Assembly: GCA_036554285.1 (NCBI GenBank)
Contig: DATBNO010000109.1
Span: 248 to 64,247, forward strand
Reading direction: 5' to 3'
Origin: Gemmatimonadaceae bacterium
GTDB taxonomy: Bacteria; Gemmatimonadota; Gemmatimonadetes; Gemmatimonadales; Gemmatimonadaceae
DNA length: 64,000 nucleotides
The notes under the pieces were generated by a model, which worked only from the letters and a program-made list of their open reading frames with translations, ran no database searches and had not been told where the DNA came from. Position numbers and translations under genes: made by a program. Below are positions 10,628 to 22,144 of this stretch, in pieces (within the stretch, counting starts at the first letter, position 1; each line of letters begins with the position of its first letter).

Positions 10628-11421
10628 CGGGAATTGCGCGTCGGATGGTCTTCATCGGTGCTGTCGCGCGACGCCGTCACCGCATCGTCGACGTCGAGGT
10701 ACGGCACATCGCGCGTCGGCAGCTTCCAGATCGCCGTTCCGTTAGGCAGCATCCAGTGCAGGCGCACCAGATGCCCGTCCGCCTTGGATACCCACGCCAC
10801 GGTCGTCGGCGACTCCTGGACCACCAGGCACGCCACGGTCCCGGTCGCCGTGCGCAGCGCCGTCGTCCCCGTCACATGGTAGGCCGCCATGCGGACCGCG
10901 ACCTCCGGCGTGTTCGACACCGGAAGCCGCAGCGTGCTGTCCGGCGTCAGCGGGAACGCGGCGAGGAACGACTCCGTCATCAAGCCGTGGAAGAACGGCG
11001 CGCCTAACGGAATGTCGACGGCCGTCCGGCCGGAGTCGGCCGACCACGCGGTGCCGGTGAGCCGCCCGTCGTGGAAGCGCAGGTCCTGGCCGCTCGTCGC
11101 ATTGATCTGGACGATCCGCATCGGCTCGAGCGTCGCCGCGACCACGTCGAGCGTGTCCACTTCGCTCCCGCCGGCGGCGGACGTGTAGTCCTGTGTCTCG
11201 CGAAACACCGCCACGCCGCTGTCGCGCGCCTCCTCCACGCGGCGTACGAGCGTCCCGGCAATCCGTTGGGCGCTGTCCTTCGGAATCAGCACCAGGCTGA
11301 TCGAGTCGGTGTACGGATGAATGCGTCCCGGGTGCAACAACGGGCTCCCGGGAACCACCGTCTGGGCCACTGCCGACGATGCCGCGACCACCACCGCGGC
11401 ACAGCACCACACGATCCGCAT
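10624..11421 (-). CDS. Hypothetical exported protein
   Basis: Start MRIVWCCAAVVVAASSAVAQT (signal peptide). Coding-like composition, no family recognised. Its 3' end overlaps dtpT by 4 nt. Confidence 0.65.
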
Positions 11422-11520
11422 GCGGAAACTCCGAACGTGAGGGGACGGGTGCGCGACTCTGCCATCAATCACCGCAGTCGTTTGCATGTTCCGCCCAACG
11501 CGATCAGGCCGACCGGCGCG

Positions 11521-11787
11521 CTACGCGAAGCGCCGCCGAGCGCGCTCCTTGGCCTTGCGGGCCTCCTCGTCGCGATTCCGTGGCGGCGTCCGGATCTCGA
11601 GCGAGTCGATGAGCCGCCGCGCCGACGCCGTCACTTCGTCCACGGCGCGGGTGAACGCCTCTTCGTTAGCCCGCGACGGGTGCGTGCTGCCGCTCAACTT
11701 CCGCACGAACTGCAACGCCGACGCGCGCACTTCGTCATCGCTTGCCGGCGGCGCGAAATTCGCCAGCGTCTTGATGTTTCGGCACAT
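11521..11787 (-). CDS. DUF2277 family protein
   Basis: MCRNIKTLANFAPPASDDEVRASALQFVRKLSG... is the characteristic DUF2277 N-terminus. Confidence 0.8.
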   Translation of the reverse strand: MCRNIKTLANFAPPASDDEVRASALQFVRKLSGSTHPSRANEEAFTRAVDEVTASARRLIDSLEIRTPPRNRDEEARKAKERARRRFA

Positions 11788-12019
11788 GAGCCTGTCTCCG
11801 GAAGACGTCCGCCGCCGGGTCTGGCCGCCGGCGGTCCACCCTCAACGATACACCCGCAATTCCGTAAATTTGGAGGGGTGAACTCGTCCTTGTCGAGGCC
11901 GGCTCAGGAGGGAACATCGGCCGGTCGAAACGACTATGATATGTGTTGGGGTGGGACACGCACGCGAGCCGGATGTGTTGAGCCCGGGTGTCGCGGATTC
12001 TTCAGCACCACGAGGACAC

Positions 12020-12646
12020 ATGCGCAGACACGTCGTTCGCACCGCTGGCCTTGCCGGCGCACTGGCGTTGGCTCTCACCGCCGCACCATCGGCCGGGGCG
12101 CAGGCGCCTAACGAGGCGGCCGCGTCACAGCCGGCCCAGCCGTCGTCCCCGGTGTACCAGGGAGATCACGCCATGGATCATTACAAGAAGCCGAGCGACG
12201 CCGACCTCCAGAAGACGCTCACGCCGCTCGAGTACCAGGTGACGCAGAAGGCGTTTACCGAGTCGCCGTTCCACAATGAGTACTGGGACAACCACCAGGC
12301 CGGCATCTACGTGGACGTCGTCTCGGGCGAGCCGCTGTTCAGCTCTCTCGACAAGTTCGATTCGGGCACGGGCTGGCCGAGCTTCACCAAGCCGCTCGAG
12401 TCCAAGAACATCAAGACGGACACGGACAATTCGGACTTCATGGTGCGGACCGAGGTTCGCTCGAAGCACGCGAACTCGCACCTGGGCCACGTGTTCGACG
12501 ACGGGCCGAAGCCGACCGGGCTGCGCTACTGCATGAATTCGGCGGCGATGCGGTTCGTGCCCGTCGATTCGCTCAAGGCCGAGGGCTACGGACAGTTCCT
12601 GCCGTTGTTCGACAAAGCGGCGGCCGACGCCAAGACCCACAAATAG
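12020..12646 (+). CDS. msrB: Peptide-methionine (R)-S-oxide reductase MsrB with signal peptide
   Basis: SelR domain: [28 protein letters not shown]...[10 protein letters not shown]...RYCMNS. Internal ATG start [29 protein letters not shown]. Confidence 0.92.
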   Translation: MRRHVVRTAGLAGALALALTAAPSAGAQAPNEAAASQPAQPSSPVYQGDHAMDHYKKPSDADLQKTLTPLEYQVTQKAFTESPFHNEYWDNHQAGIYVDVVSGEPLFSSLDKFDSGTGWPSFTKPLESKNIKTDTDNSDFMVRTEVRSKHANSHLGHVFDDGPKPTGLRYCMNSAAMRFVPVDSLKAEGYGQFLPLFDKAAADAKTHK

Positions 12647-12658
12647 CGTTAGGCACGG

Positions 12659-15310
12659 TCAGTCGCTGCGCAGCGCGGCCACGGGATCGAGCCGCGTTGC
12701 GCGCCGCGCCGGGATCCATGCCGACAGCGCGGCAATGGCGGCCAGCGCGACCGCCACCCACACGAACGTCACCGGATCATTGGGCTTCACGCCGAAGAGC
12801 AGCGTGCCCATGAGGTGTGTGAGGCTCAGCGCGCCGGCGACGCCGGCCACCAGTCCGATCGCCGCCAGCTCGAGCCCGCTCCGGATCGCCATCGACAGCA
12901 CCGAGGCCCGTTGCGCGCCTAACGCCATCCGGATGCCGAATTCGCGCCGGCGCTGCTGCACCGTGTAGGCGCCGAGACCGTAGATCCCGATCATGGCCAG
13001 CACGAGTCCGATGACGCCGAACGTCGCGAACAGCACGGTGTCGAGGCGCGTGTCACCCACCGCCGCCGCCGCCAAGTCGGACATCGGGGTGATGTCCGCG
13101 ACGGCCTGCGCCGGATCGATGTCGCGCAGCGCGGCGCGCAACGGCGCCGCCACCGCGAGCGGGTCGCCCGCCGTGCGGAGCACGAACGTCATGCCGCTGT
13201 AGGGAAACTGCTCGAGCGGCAAGTACATCTCCATGTACGGCTCGGTGCGCGGCCCGTCGTGATGGACGTCGCCGGCCACACCGACGATGCGCGCGGTGTG
13301 CCATCCGGTCCACTCGTACTTGAGCTCGTGGCCCACGGCCGATCCGTTAGGCCAGAACGTGCGCGCGAGCGTATGGCTCACCACCACGACCTCGGCGCTG
13401 CCACGGCGGTCGGTGGACTCGATACCGCGCCCCGACTCGATCGGGATGGTCATGGCCGCGAAGTAACCCGGCGTGATGGCGCGAAAGTCGCCCACCGGCT
13501 CCTCGCCCAACGGCGGAACGGGCAGCCCGACCACCGTAAAGGTGCTCGCGGACCGCAGACCGGTGAGCGGCAGCCAACTGATGGCTCCCACGGCACGCAC
13601 GCCCGGCAGGGACGCGAGCCGTTGCTCCGCCTGCTCGAAGAAGGTGACGGCCGTGGTGTCGTTGTTGTACGCGCGGCCGTGCAGGATGACTTGCGCCGCG
13701 AGCACGTCCCGCGTGTCGAAGCCTAACGGAACGCGGCGCAGGTCGGACAACGTCCGCACCATGAGCCCGGCGCCCGCGAGCAGCACCACCGCCAGCGCGA
13801 TCTCGACGACCACCAGCGCCGCCCGCAGCCTGCCGGCGCGCCGTGTCCCGCTCCCGCCGCGCCCACCCTCGCTCAGCGCGTCCTTGGGATCGTTGCGCGC
13901 GCTCTGCAGCGCCGGGGCCAGGCCGAACGCGATGCCGGTGGCCATCGCCACGCACACCGCGAACACCAGCACGCGTCCATCGATGCCGATCCCGCTCACG
14001 GCGGCGACGCCCAATTGCGCCGGCGCCATGGTGCCCAACACACGCGTCCCGATCCACGCGCCGGCAATGCCTAACGCAGTGCCGGCGAGCGCCAGCATCA
14101 GGCTCTCGGTGAGCATCTGGTGCACGATCCTTCGCGGCGCCGCGCCGAGCGCCACGCGTACGGCCATCTCGCGCCGCCGGTCGCCCGCGCGCGCCAGCAT
14201 CAGGTTCGCGACGTTGGCGCACGCGATCGCCAGGAGAAAACCCACCGCCCCGAGCAGCACCAGGAGGGGCGTCCGCGATCCCCCCACTAGGTCCACACGG
14301 AGGGGGCTCGCGAGCGCGGTCCAGTTGGCATTGAGCTCCGGCATTTCGACCGCTCGACGCCGCGCGATCGCCCGCATCTCGCGGTCTGCCTGTTGCCACG
14401 TCACGCCCGGCTTGAGCCGCGCCAGCACCCGCAAGTAGCGGCCACCCGACGTGCGATCGGTGTTGTCGAAGCGCATCGGCATCCAGACGGACGCCGGTTC
14501 GAAGAACGCGAAACCCTTGGGCAGCACGCCCACGATGGTCACGGCGTTCCCGTTGATTTGGACCGTGCTGCCGACGACGTCGCGCCGACCGCCGAAGCGC
14601 CGTTGCCACAATCCGTAGTCGATCACCGCGACCCGCGCGGCGGACGGCTGGTCCTCGGCCTCGGAGTACAACCGGCCGACGACCGGCTTGACGCCTAACA
14701 TTGGTAGGAGCGCCGCGTTCGCGTAGCGCGACTGCTCGGACGCCGGATCGCCGCCCGCCGTCACGACGGTCACCCGCGTGCCGACGAAGGCGGCCATGGC
14801 GGAGAACGACCGCGCTTCGTCGCGCCAGGCGAGGAAGTTGGCCGGTCCCGCCACGTTGTGCGCGTCCCCGAACGACACGTGGTGCTCCCAGAGCATCACC
14901 AGTCCGCCCGGGTCGGCGTACGGCAGCGGCTTGAGCAGCACCGCATCCACGACCGAGAAGATGGCCGTCGTGGCGCCGATGCCTAACGCGAGGGTCGCGA
15001 TCGCCGCCGCCGCGTAGACGCGCGCGTGGAGCAGCGACCGCGCGCCGAAGCGCACGTCCTGCGCGATGTGGTCGGCGAACGCGCTCCGGTACTCGTCGCG
15101 CGCCGCGTCGCGCCAGCGCTCGCGGCCGCCGAACGCGACCAGCGCCCGGCGCCGCGCATCGGCGGGATCGGCGCCGGCGCGGACGAGCGCCTCGGTCTGC
15201 ATGTCGACGTGGAAGCGCATCTCGTCCGTTAGGCGCGCCTCGCGCTGGCGGCGGCCCACGAGGCCGCCCACCCGGGCCATCGCCCCCGCGAGTGTGTCGA
15301 GCAACCGCAT
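12659..15310 (-). CDS. ADOP-family ABC transporter permease (MacB-like periplasmic core domains plus two FtsX modules)
   Basis: 883 aa. Cytoplasmic prefix helix ([21 protein letters not shown]), then two TM-periplasmic domain-3TM units. Sits immediately downstream of a PadR gene. Confidence 0.92.
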   Translation of the reverse strand: MRLLDTLAGAMARVGGLVGRRQREARLTDEMRFHVDMQTEALVRAGADPADARRRALVAFGGRERWRDAARDEYRSAFADHIAQDVRFGARSLLHARVYAAAAIATLALGIGATTAIFSVVDAVLLKPLPYADPGGLVMLWEHHVSFGDAHNVAGPANFLAWRDEARSFSAMAAFVGTRVTVVTAGGDPASEQSRYANAALLPMLGVKPVVGRLYSEAEDQPSAARVAVIDYGLWQRRFGGRRDVVGSTVQINGNAVTIVGVLPKGFAFFEPASVWMPMRFDNTDRTSGGRYLRVLARLKPGVTWQQADREMRAIARRRAVEMPELNANWTALASPLRVDLVGGSRTPLLVLLGAVGFLLAIACANVANLMLARAGDRRREMAVRVALGAAPRRIVHQMLTESLMLALAGTALGIAGAWIGTRVLGTMAPAQLGVAAVSGIGIDGRVLVFAVCVAMATGIAFGLAPALQSARNDPKDALSEGGRGGSGTRRAGRLRAALVVVEIALAVVLLAGAGLMVRTLSDLRRVPLGFDTRDVLAAQVILHGRAYNNDTTAVTFFEQAEQRLASLPGVRAVGAISWLPLTGLRSASTFTVVGLPVPPLGEEPVGDFRAITPGYFAAMTIPIESGRGIESTDRRGSAEVVVVSHTLARTFWPNGSAVGHELKYEWTGWHTARIVGVAGDVHHDGPRTEPYMEMYLPLEQFPYSGMTFVLRTAGDPLAVAAPLRAALRDIDPAQAVADITPMSDLAAAAVGDTRLDTVLFATFGVIGLVLAMIGIYGLGAYTVQQRRREFGIRMALGAQRASVLSMAIRSGLELAAIGLVAGVAGALSLTHLMGTLLFGVKPNDPVTFVWVAVALAAIAALSAWIPARRATRLDPVAALRSD

Positions 15311-15326
15311 GCGATCTCCCCGGGCC

Positions 15327-15668
15327 TCAGGTAGACGAGAGTTGTAGGATCATCTCGATGGCGCGCGACATCCGCACCCAGTTCGCGCGCTCGTCGGCCA
15401 AGCGCGTGCGGCCGCGGGGCGTGAGCGCGTAGTACCGCGCCCGCCGGTTGTTCTCGGTGGTCTGCCACGAGGACTTGATGAAGCGCTGCCGCTCCAGCCG
15501 GTACAACGCCGGGTAGAGCGAGCCCTGCCCCACCTGGAGCACGTCGGCCGATCCCCGCTGCAGCAGCTCGGTAACGCCCCACCCGTGCATGGGGCCGAGC
15601 TGCAGCGTCTTGAGGACCAGCATGTCGAGGGTACCCTGCAGCAGGTCGTTGCGTGCGTCGTCGGACAC
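15327..15668 (-). CDS. PadR family transcriptional regulator
   Basis: [23 protein letters not shown]...[16 protein letters not shown]...[11 protein letters not shown] winged-helix PadR pattern. Confidence 0.93.
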   Translation of the reverse strand: MSDDARNDLLQGTLDMLVLKTLQLGPMHGWGVTELLQRGSADVLQVGQGSLYPALYRLERQRFIKSSWQTTENNRRARYYALTPRGRTRLADERANWVRMSRAIEMILQLSST

Positions 15669-15744
15669 GTGCGCTCCTATCGGCGGTCGAAAGGACGATG
15701 CACTGTCTTCTTTCGATCGTCAAGGGGAGGCGCCGCCGCGCCGG

Positions 15745-18261
15745 TCAGTCGGCGCGGATGGCGATGACGGGATCGATCCGTGCCGCCCGGCGCGCCGGAC
15801 CGTACACGGCCACTATCGCCACCGCCGCGAGCACGACCGCCGCGACCCCGAGCGCCGCCGGATCCGTGGTCGTCGTCTCGAACAACATCGCCCGCATCAC
15901 GCGCGCAAAGGCGGCCGCGAGCAGCGCGCCGCCGACGGCGCCCGCGGCGACGAGCCCGATCGCTTCGCGCACCACCAGCCACACCGCGCGAGCCTCGGTT
16001 GCTCCTAACGCCATGCGGACGCCGATCTCGCGTGTGCGTTGGGCGACACCGTACGCCGCGATGCCATAGAGACCGATCGCGGCGAGCAGCAACGCCAGTC
16101 CGGCGAATCCCGTCACGACGGTCGTCAGAAATCGCCGCTGCGGGCCGATCTGCGCCGCGCCGCCGCCCGTCACCGACGGTCTGGACATGAACCGGATCGC
16201 CGGCTCGACCTCGCGCACGGTCTTCTCGACCACGCGCTGCGCGCGCTCGGCGTCGGTGGCGCGCACGTCGAACGTCATCCACGGCCAGACTTCCAGCGTG
16301 TACGGCAGATAGACTTCGCCCCCCGTGTCCTGCGCCGGGCCGTACTCGTGCACGTCGCCAACGATGCCGATGACCGGCAGCGTGATCGGTTGCCCGAAGT
16401 CGGCACGCGCCTGCGACTGCCGCTGGATCGTGATACGGCGGCCGATCGGGCTTCCTCCTAACTGGCGGGCGAGGGTCTGGCTCACCACCAGGCCGCCATC
16501 CATCGGTGCGCGCATGTCGGCGTCGGTGAACCAACGGCCCGCGACCAACCGAATGCGCATGGCGCGACGGTAGTCGGCCGACACGGGGTGATAGAGCGCT
16601 TGCAGCAGCGGCTGACCGCTCGTCGGCGCGCCATCGAACGACACCGGCGTCGGCAGCAGCGCGCCGCCGGCAGCCGCCGCGGCCTCGACGCCGGGCACGG
16701 CGCGTTCGGCGTCGAGAATCCGGGCGTAGAGCGCCGCCGCGGCGGCCGGCGTGTCGTAGGCGTGCGTCGTGGGCGCGATGGCAAACGAGATGACGCCGTT
16801 CGGGTCATAGCCTAACGGAACGTCGACGAGCCGTCGAAAACTCTGCAGCAGGAGGCCCGCGCCTAACAGCAGCGACAGCGCGAGCGCGAATTGCAGCACC
16901 ACGAGCAGATCCCGGGCCCGGCGCTCGCGCCGGCCCCCCACCGCGCCGGTGGTCCCGCTCCGGATGAGGTGCATCGCCTGCACGGCCCTCACGTGCAGCG
17001 CCGGCGCCGAACCAACGATGAGCGCCGTCACCATCGACGCGGCGCCGGTGAACGCGACCGCCCGACCGTCGACGCCGAGCCGCGCCGCGAAAGGGAGGAG
17101 ATAGCCGAGCCTGTGCCGCGTGAAGGCGACGAGCGCGACGGCGAGCGCCAACCCGAGACCGCCGGCGGCAATCGCGACCAGCAGCGTCTCGCAGACCGGC
17201 TGCCGCACCAACCGCCATCGCGATGCGCCTAACGCACTGCGCACCGCGGTGTCCCGCGCGCGCCCGCCGGCCCGGATGAGGAACAGCGTCGCGACGTTCG
17301 CGCAGGCCAGGAGCATCACCAGCCCCACCGCGCCGGCCACGAGCGCCAGCGATCGCTGCACGCCGCCGAACAGCTCGTCGGCCATCGACTGCAGATCCAC
17401 CGACGTCCAGTGGGCCTGATCGACGGGATAGACGGCCCCGAGGCGGCGCTCGATGGTCTGCATCACGATGACGGCACGCGCCGAATCGATACCGGAATGC
17501 AGTCGCACGATGGTTCTGCTGTCGACGTGCAAGCCGCGCCGCTGCAGCACCTCCGGATGTGTCGCGGCAAACGCCGCGATCGGTTCCCACAAGGCCGGCG
17601 GGAACCAGCTGTCGCCGCCGAAGTTCGGGTAGGCGAAGTGCGGCGGCATGACGCCGATGATCGTCGTCGGGATGCTGTCCACATCGATCACGCGCCCGAC
17701 CACCGAACGCTGCGCACCGAAGCGGTCGACGAAGAGACCGTACGATAGCATTGCCACGCGCGCGCCTCGTGCTTCTTCCTCCGGCGAGAACGTGCGGCCT
17801 AACAGCGGCGCGGACCCCATGAGGCGGAAGAATCCGGGCGACACGTACGCGGCGATCTTTCTGTCCTCGTCTTCGTCGCCGGCCAGGGAGACGCCGTCGC
17901 CGCGCACGAACGCGAAACCGTCGATCGCGCCGGCGGTCGCGCCCTGCATCGTCTGCGCCTGCCAGTCCTGAAACGTCGGATACGATGGCGTGCGCGCCTT
18001 TCCGTCATCCGAATGTTCGTAAATCGTGCGCAACTGGTCGGCGTCCCGATACGGCATCCCCCGCAACACCACCGTGTCGAGCACGCTGAACGCCGCCGTC
18101 GCGCTTGCGATTCCGAGCGCGAGGACGGCAACCGCAATCGCCGTGAACGCCGGCGCGCGACGAAGCGCGCGCGCGGCGTGGCGAATGTCGCGTAGGAGGC
18201 CGCCGGACGATCGATTGAGGTTCACGGACGCTCGCATCACGAGGGTCGAGCGAATGGACAT
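15745..18261 (-). CDS. ADOP-family ABC transporter permease (second paralogue, without the N-terminal prefix helix)
   Basis: Same MacB_PCD/FtsX architecture. Start chosen at MSIRSTLVMRAS (18261); the ORF-track start is 18330. Confidence 0.88.
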   Translation of the reverse strand: MSIRSTLVMRASVNLNRSSGGLLRDIRHAARALRRAPAFTAIAVAVLALGIASATAAFSVLDTVVLRGMPYRDADQLRTIYEHSDDGKARTPSYPTFQDWQAQTMQGATAGAIDGFAFVRGDGVSLAGDEDEDRKIAAYVSPGFFRLMGSAPLLGRTFSPEEEARGARVAMLSYGLFVDRFGAQRSVVGRVIDVDSIPTTIIGVMPPHFAYPNFGGDSWFPPALWEPIAAFAATHPEVLQRRGLHVDSRTIVRLHSGIDSARAVIVMQTIERRLGAVYPVDQAHWTSVDLQSMADELFGGVQRSLALVAGAVGLVMLLACANVATLFLIRAGGRARDTAVRSALGASRWRLVRQPVCETLLVAIAAGGLGLALAVALVAFTRHRLGYLLPFAARLGVDGRAVAFTGAASMVTALIVGSAPALHVRAVQAMHLIRSGTTGAVGGRRERRARDLLVVLQFALALSLLLGAGLLLQSFRRLVDVPLGYDPNGVISFAIAPTTHAYDTPAAAAALYARILDAERAVPGVEAAAAAGGALLPTPVSFDGAPTSGQPLLQALYHPVSADYRRAMRIRLVAGRWFTDADMRAPMDGGLVVSQTLARQLGGSPIGRRITIQRQSQARADFGQPITLPVIGIVGDVHEYGPAQDTGGEVYLPYTLEVWPWMTFDVRATDAERAQRVVEKTVREVEPAIRFMSRPSVTGGGAAQIGPQRRFLTTVVTGFAGLALLLAAIGLYGIAAYGVAQRTREIGVRMALGATEARAVWLVVREAIGLVAAGAVGGALLAAAFARVMRAMLFETTTTDPAALGVAAVVLAAVAIVAVYGPARRAARIDPVIAIRAD

Positions 18262-18428
18262 TGGGAAGCGCTTCCCATCAACTCGATCGGCCGCGATCCG
18301 GTCACATCGCCGTCGGCGAGGCAGCGCCATTCACCGGGTGGCTATTTTGATGTACGGCCGCGCTCACTTGCCCGCCCACCGGCGCCACGGCACAATAGAT
18401 CCATTCCTCACACTCTCCGGAGCCCTCG

Positions 18429-18983
18429 ATGCGTCGCCTCGCACTCGCCACCGCCCTCGCGTTAGTCACCGCCCTTCCCGCCGGCGCGCACGCGCAGGTG
18501 ATGGCCAGCGAGCACGGCATGGTGCAGCAACGCGTCGATGGCACGACGATCACCATCGAGTACTATCGCCCGCAGCGCCGCGGCCGCAACAACCTGTTCG
18601 GCGGCGTCGTTCAATGGGGCAGCACGTGGACGCCAGGTGCCAACTGGGCGACCACGATCGACGTCGACCACGACGTGAAGATCGACGGCCACGCGCTCGC
18701 CAAGGGCAAGTACTCGATCTGGATGGTGCCGCAGTCCAACGCATGGACGGTGATCTTCAGCACCGCCTGGAAGCGGTTTCACGTCCAGGGCCCCGATGCC
18801 TCCGCGCCCCAAGTGAAATTCGACGTGAAATCCGACAGCGCGCCGATGGTCGACGTGCTCACCTTCTCGTTCCCCGACGTCGCGCCCGATTCCACGACCC
18901 TGGTAATGCAATGGGGCACGACGGCGGTGCCGCTCCACATCGAGGTGCCGGCGTCCAATCAAGCGCCCCCGCCGGGCGCATAA
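18429..18983 (+). CDS. DUF2911 domain-containing exported protein
   Basis: Signal peptide MRRLALATALALVTALPAGAHA, then ITIEYYRPQRRGRNNLFGGVVQWGSTWTPGAN...GKYSIWMVP, typical of DUF2911. Confidence 0.85.
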   Translation: MRRLALATALALVTALPAGAHAQVMASEHGMVQQRVDGTTITIEYYRPQRRGRNNLFGGVVQWGSTWTPGANWATTIDVDHDVKIDGHALAKGKYSIWMVPQSNAWTVIFSTAWKRFHVQGPDASAPQVKFDVKSDSAPMVDVLTFSFPDVAPDSTTLVMQWGTTAVPLHIEVPASNQAPPPGA

Positions 18984-18985
18984 CG

Positions 18986-20803
18986 TCAGAACCCGGGCGG
19001 CGTCTCGTGCACCACGCCTAACGAACGCTCGAGCGCCAGCCCCACGCGGGCCATCGTGCCCTCCTCGAACAACTTGCCGATGAGCGTCACGCCGTGCGGC
19101 ACGCGCCGCGGCGGATTGAATTTGGGCAGCGGATGCGCGGGATCGGGCGCCCAGTCGCTGCGCGCCTCCGAGACCTGTACGAAGCCCGCGCGCATCGTGA
19201 GCGACGGCTGCCCGGTGAAGTTGGTCGTCGTCAGAGTCTCGTCGCGCAGCGCCGGCACCAGCAGCACGTCGACCTGCGACATGATCCGCTCCATCTCTTG
19301 CGCCAGCTTCCGCCGCAGCCGGTCGGTCTGCACGAAATCGACCGCCGAGAGGAATCGCGCGCTCCGGAACAAGTTCGGCCACGCGTCCGGCGTCTGCATC
19401 TTGAGCATGTCGTCCTGGTGCGACAGCGTCATCTCCTCGAACGCCGCGGCCGCCTCGGCGAACAACACGACGTTGAGCGAGTCGACGGGCCAATCGGGGA
19501 ACGTGACCGCGACCGGCGTCATGCCTAACTTGCTAACGGTGTCGAGCACCGCACGATCGACGTCGGTGGCCGGCGCCTCCTTCATCCAACCCGGCACGTA
19601 GCCGACGCGCAGGCCCTTCACCCCCGCGTTCGCATCGAACTCCAACTTGCTCGGCACGCTCGCCACGTCGCCGGCGTCGGGACCCGTGATCGCCTGCAGC
19701 ACGAGCATCGTGTCCTCCACGCTGCGCGTCATCGGCCCGAGCTTGTCCAACGACCAACAGAGCGTCATGGCACCGGTGCGCGGCACGCGGCCGTACGTTG
19801 GGCGAAGGCCGGTGATGCCGCACCGCAAGCTCGGGCTCACAATGCTGCCCTCGGTCTCGCTGCCAATCGAGAACCCGACGAGCCCCGCCGCCGTTGCCGC
19901 ACCCGGCCCGGCGCTCGAACCCGACGCGCCCTCCTCGAGCAGCCACGGATTCATCGTCTGCCCGCCGAACCAGATGTCGTTGAGCGCCAGCGCGCCCATG
20001 CTGAGCTTCGCGACCAGTACCGCGCCGGCCTGATACAGCCGCGCAACCACCGCCGAGTCTGCTTGCGGCACGCGATGCTGGAACGGCTCGGCGCCGTAGG
20101 TGGTGAGGATGCCGGCGGTGTCGAGCAAGTCCTTCACGCCGAACGGAACGCCATGCAGCGGACCGCGGTAGTGTCCCGCGGCAATCTCGGCGTCGGCTTT
20201 CTTTGCCTGCGCGAGCGCCTGATCGCGCGTGAGCGTGATCACGCAGCGCAGCTTGGGATCGAACTGCTGCAATCGGCTCAGATAGATGTTCGTGAGACGC
20301 TCGGACGTGATCGCGCGTGACTGAATCCAGTGCGACAGGTGCGACACGGGCGAGAACGCGATTTGGGCGTCGGTCGACGGCAACGGACCCGGCGCGTCGC
20401 TGCTGCGCACGAACCGGTTCTGCGCCGGGCCGGCGGACGCGCCCATCGCCGGATTCCAGTGTGTGGCCGGCGCGAGGCTCGGCTCCAGCGCCAGCTTGCG
20501 CGGACCGGTGCGCCGTTCGTAGTAGGGCGCCATGGCCTTCGGCCAGTTGTCCGCCGCCATTTTCCGCTGCGCGTCGGTCATCGTCACCTGGGCGAGCTTC
20601 TCCGACTCGACGAACGTGCCGGGCGTGACCGCGGGACCGACAGCCGGCGCACTGGCAAAGGTGGGCGGCGCGCCCGGCGTGGCCGGCGCGGCCGCCTGTC
20701 CGTTTGCGTTAGGCGCAGGCGCGGCGCCATGGTCGCGGCAGGCCACGGCGACGCCGAGCAAGCCAATGGGCGCGCGAATCAGGAATCGGCGACGCGAATT
20801 CAC
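18986..20803 (-). CDS. Amidase (amidase-signature family) with twin-arginine signal
   Basis: Tat motif MNSRRRFLIRAP. The GGSSGGSA-type AS region appears here as GASGSSAGPGAATAAGLVGFSIGSETEGS. Confidence 0.9.
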   Translation of the reverse strand: MNSRRRFLIRAPIGLLGVAVACRDHGAAPAPNANGQAAAPATPGAPPTFASAPAVGPAVTPGTFVESEKLAQVTMTDAQRKMAADNWPKAMAPYYERRTGPRKLALEPSLAPATHWNPAMGASAGPAQNRFVRSSDAPGPLPSTDAQIAFSPVSHLSHWIQSRAITSERLTNIYLSRLQQFDPKLRCVITLTRDQALAQAKKADAEIAAGHYRGPLHGVPFGVKDLLDTAGILTTYGAEPFQHRVPQADSAVVARLYQAGAVLVAKLSMGALALNDIWFGGQTMNPWLLEEGASGSSAGPGAATAAGLVGFSIGSETEGSIVSPSLRCGITGLRPTYGRVPRTGAMTLCWSLDKLGPMTRSVEDTMLVLQAITGPDAGDVASVPSKLEFDANAGVKGLRVGYVPGWMKEAPATDVDRAVLDTVSKLGMTPVAVTFPDWPVDSLNVVLFAEAAAAFEEMTLSHQDDMLKMQTPDAWPNLFRSARFLSAVDFVQTDRLRRKLAQEMERIMSQVDVLLVPALRDETLTTTNFTGQPSLTMRAGFVQVSEARSDWAPDPAHPLPKFNPPRRVPHGVTLIGKLFEEGTMARVGLALERSLGVVHETPPGF

Positions 20804-21049
20804 GATGGTTCTCCGATGGACGTTCGGTCACGAATCACGACCGGTTGCCGGCGGGCGAGCCCGCGGCGAGGCCGGGATAGAATGGCCGGAGGCGCGCGCC
20901 GGCGCAAGCCGCGTCCCCGCCTAACGGACGCACGCCGCGCCGGCGGCCGGCACCGCGGGCTACCCATTGCGTCGCAAGGGGAGAGCACGTAGCATCCGAA
21001 GAGGGCAACTGCCCATCTGAATCCCCGCGTCTCGACCACGAGTCCGCCA

Positions 21050-21397
21050 ATGACCGACCTCGACATCAACCTCATGCGCGGCACCCTCGACCTGCTGATC
21101 CTCAAAGCCCTCACGTGGGGGCCGCGACACGGCTACGCCGTGGCCGAGTGGATCGGACAAGCGACCGACGCTACGCTGCTCGTTGGCGAAGGGACGCTGT
21201 ATCCGGCGCTGCACCGCCTCGAGCGACAGCGGTTCGTGGAGGCCGAGTGGGGCGTGTCGGAGAACAATCGCAGCGCGAAGTTCTACCGCTTGAGCCCGGC
21301 CGGGAAGCGGCGGCTGGCTGTGGGCAGCTCGTCCTGGCACCATTTCGTGGAGCTCGCCAGCCGCGCACTGCGCGCGACGTCGCCCGAGCCGGCATGA
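21050..21397 (+). CDS. PadR family transcriptional regulator
   Basis: MRGTLDLLILKALTWGPRHGYAV...GTLYPALHRLERQRFV...NNRSAKFYRLS. Confidence 0.93.
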   Translation: MTDLDINLMRGTLDLLILKALTWGPRHGYAVAEWIGQATDATLLVGEGTLYPALHRLERQRFVEAEWGVSENNRSAKFYRLSPAGKRRLAVGSSSWHHFVELASRALRATSPEPA

Positions 21398-21424
21398 GGC
21401 CTAACGCAACGGCCGCCGACGCCG

Positions 21425-21976
21425 TCAGAGCAGCAGGTCGCTCACGGCGCAGGTGAAGCCCGGCAGCACGTCCTCGCCGTCCAAGGTCGTCGCACCAACC
21501 GTAGCGGTGCCGGCGGCGCGATGCACCGCCGCCACGCCGTCCCGCGGATCGATGACCCATACGAGCTTCACGCCCGCGGCGAGCCAATCGGCTACCTTTG
21601 CGCGCACCTCAGCCGGCCGATCGCCCGACGATAGAATTTCCGCAACGAGATCGGGAGCGATGCGCGCATAGCCGCGATCCTGCATCGCACCCGCGCGCTC
21701 TCGAGCGAGGAAGGCAACGTCGGGCGCCCGCACCGTGTCGGGATTCGACTCGATGTGGAAGCCCGTGTCCTGCGCGTACAGCACGCCAAGCCGCCTTCGA
21801 TAGACGAAGTCGCCGAGGTAGTACGTGAGCCTCGACGCGATCGAGCCGTGTTGCGCACCTGGTGGCTCGCGCACGACGAGCTGGCCCCGAACGAGCTCAG
21901 TGACCTTGTTGGGCCACGACACGTGCACGAGCTCTTCGGCAGTCATGCCGCTCGAAGATGGACCTGTCCTGGACAT
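21425..21976 (-). CDS. Uma2 (DUF820) family endonuclease
   Basis: ELVRGQLVVREPPGAQHGSIASRL...RAPDVAFL...APDLVAEILSSGD...KVADWLAAGVKLVWVIDP is the PD-(D/E)xK Uma2 pattern. An alternative Met start lies at 21946. Confidence 0.88.
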   Translation of the reverse strand: MSRTGPSSSGMTAEELVHVSWPNKVTELVRGQLVVREPPGAQHGSIASRLTYYLGDFVYRRRLGVLYAQDTGFHIESNPDTVRAPDVAFLARERAGAMQDRGYARIAPDLVAEILSSGDRPAEVRAKVADWLAAGVKLVWVIDPRDGVAAVHRAAGTATVGATTLDGEDVLPGFTCAVSDLLL

Positions 21977-22144
21977 TGCGCACCATAGCCGAGCCCGCTT
22001 GCCGAGTCAAGCCCGGCCACCGGGCGGGCGAGACCGTGTCCGTGCCTAACGCATGACTCGCCGTTCGGCGCGATCACCGGTGCCGTTGACACCGACGGCG
22101 CGGCGCTGCACTTTCCCCGGAACGCTTCCGGGAAGGACGGTCCG

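Noticed and set aside
13347-14609. 420-aa (-) and 321-aa (+, 13473..14438) alternative-frame ORFs inside the first ADOP permease gene.
   Set aside because: They overlap a well-supported CDS in other frames. Their composition (runs of R, A, G, P) is typical of off-frame high-G+C translation.
21398-22144. Uma2 nuclease region considered as a possible toxin/defence module or mobile insertion.
   Set aside because: It is a single gene with no partner gene (methylase, antitoxin, recombinase) and no flanking repeats that I could see. It is reported only as a context oddity within the PadR/ADOP finding.
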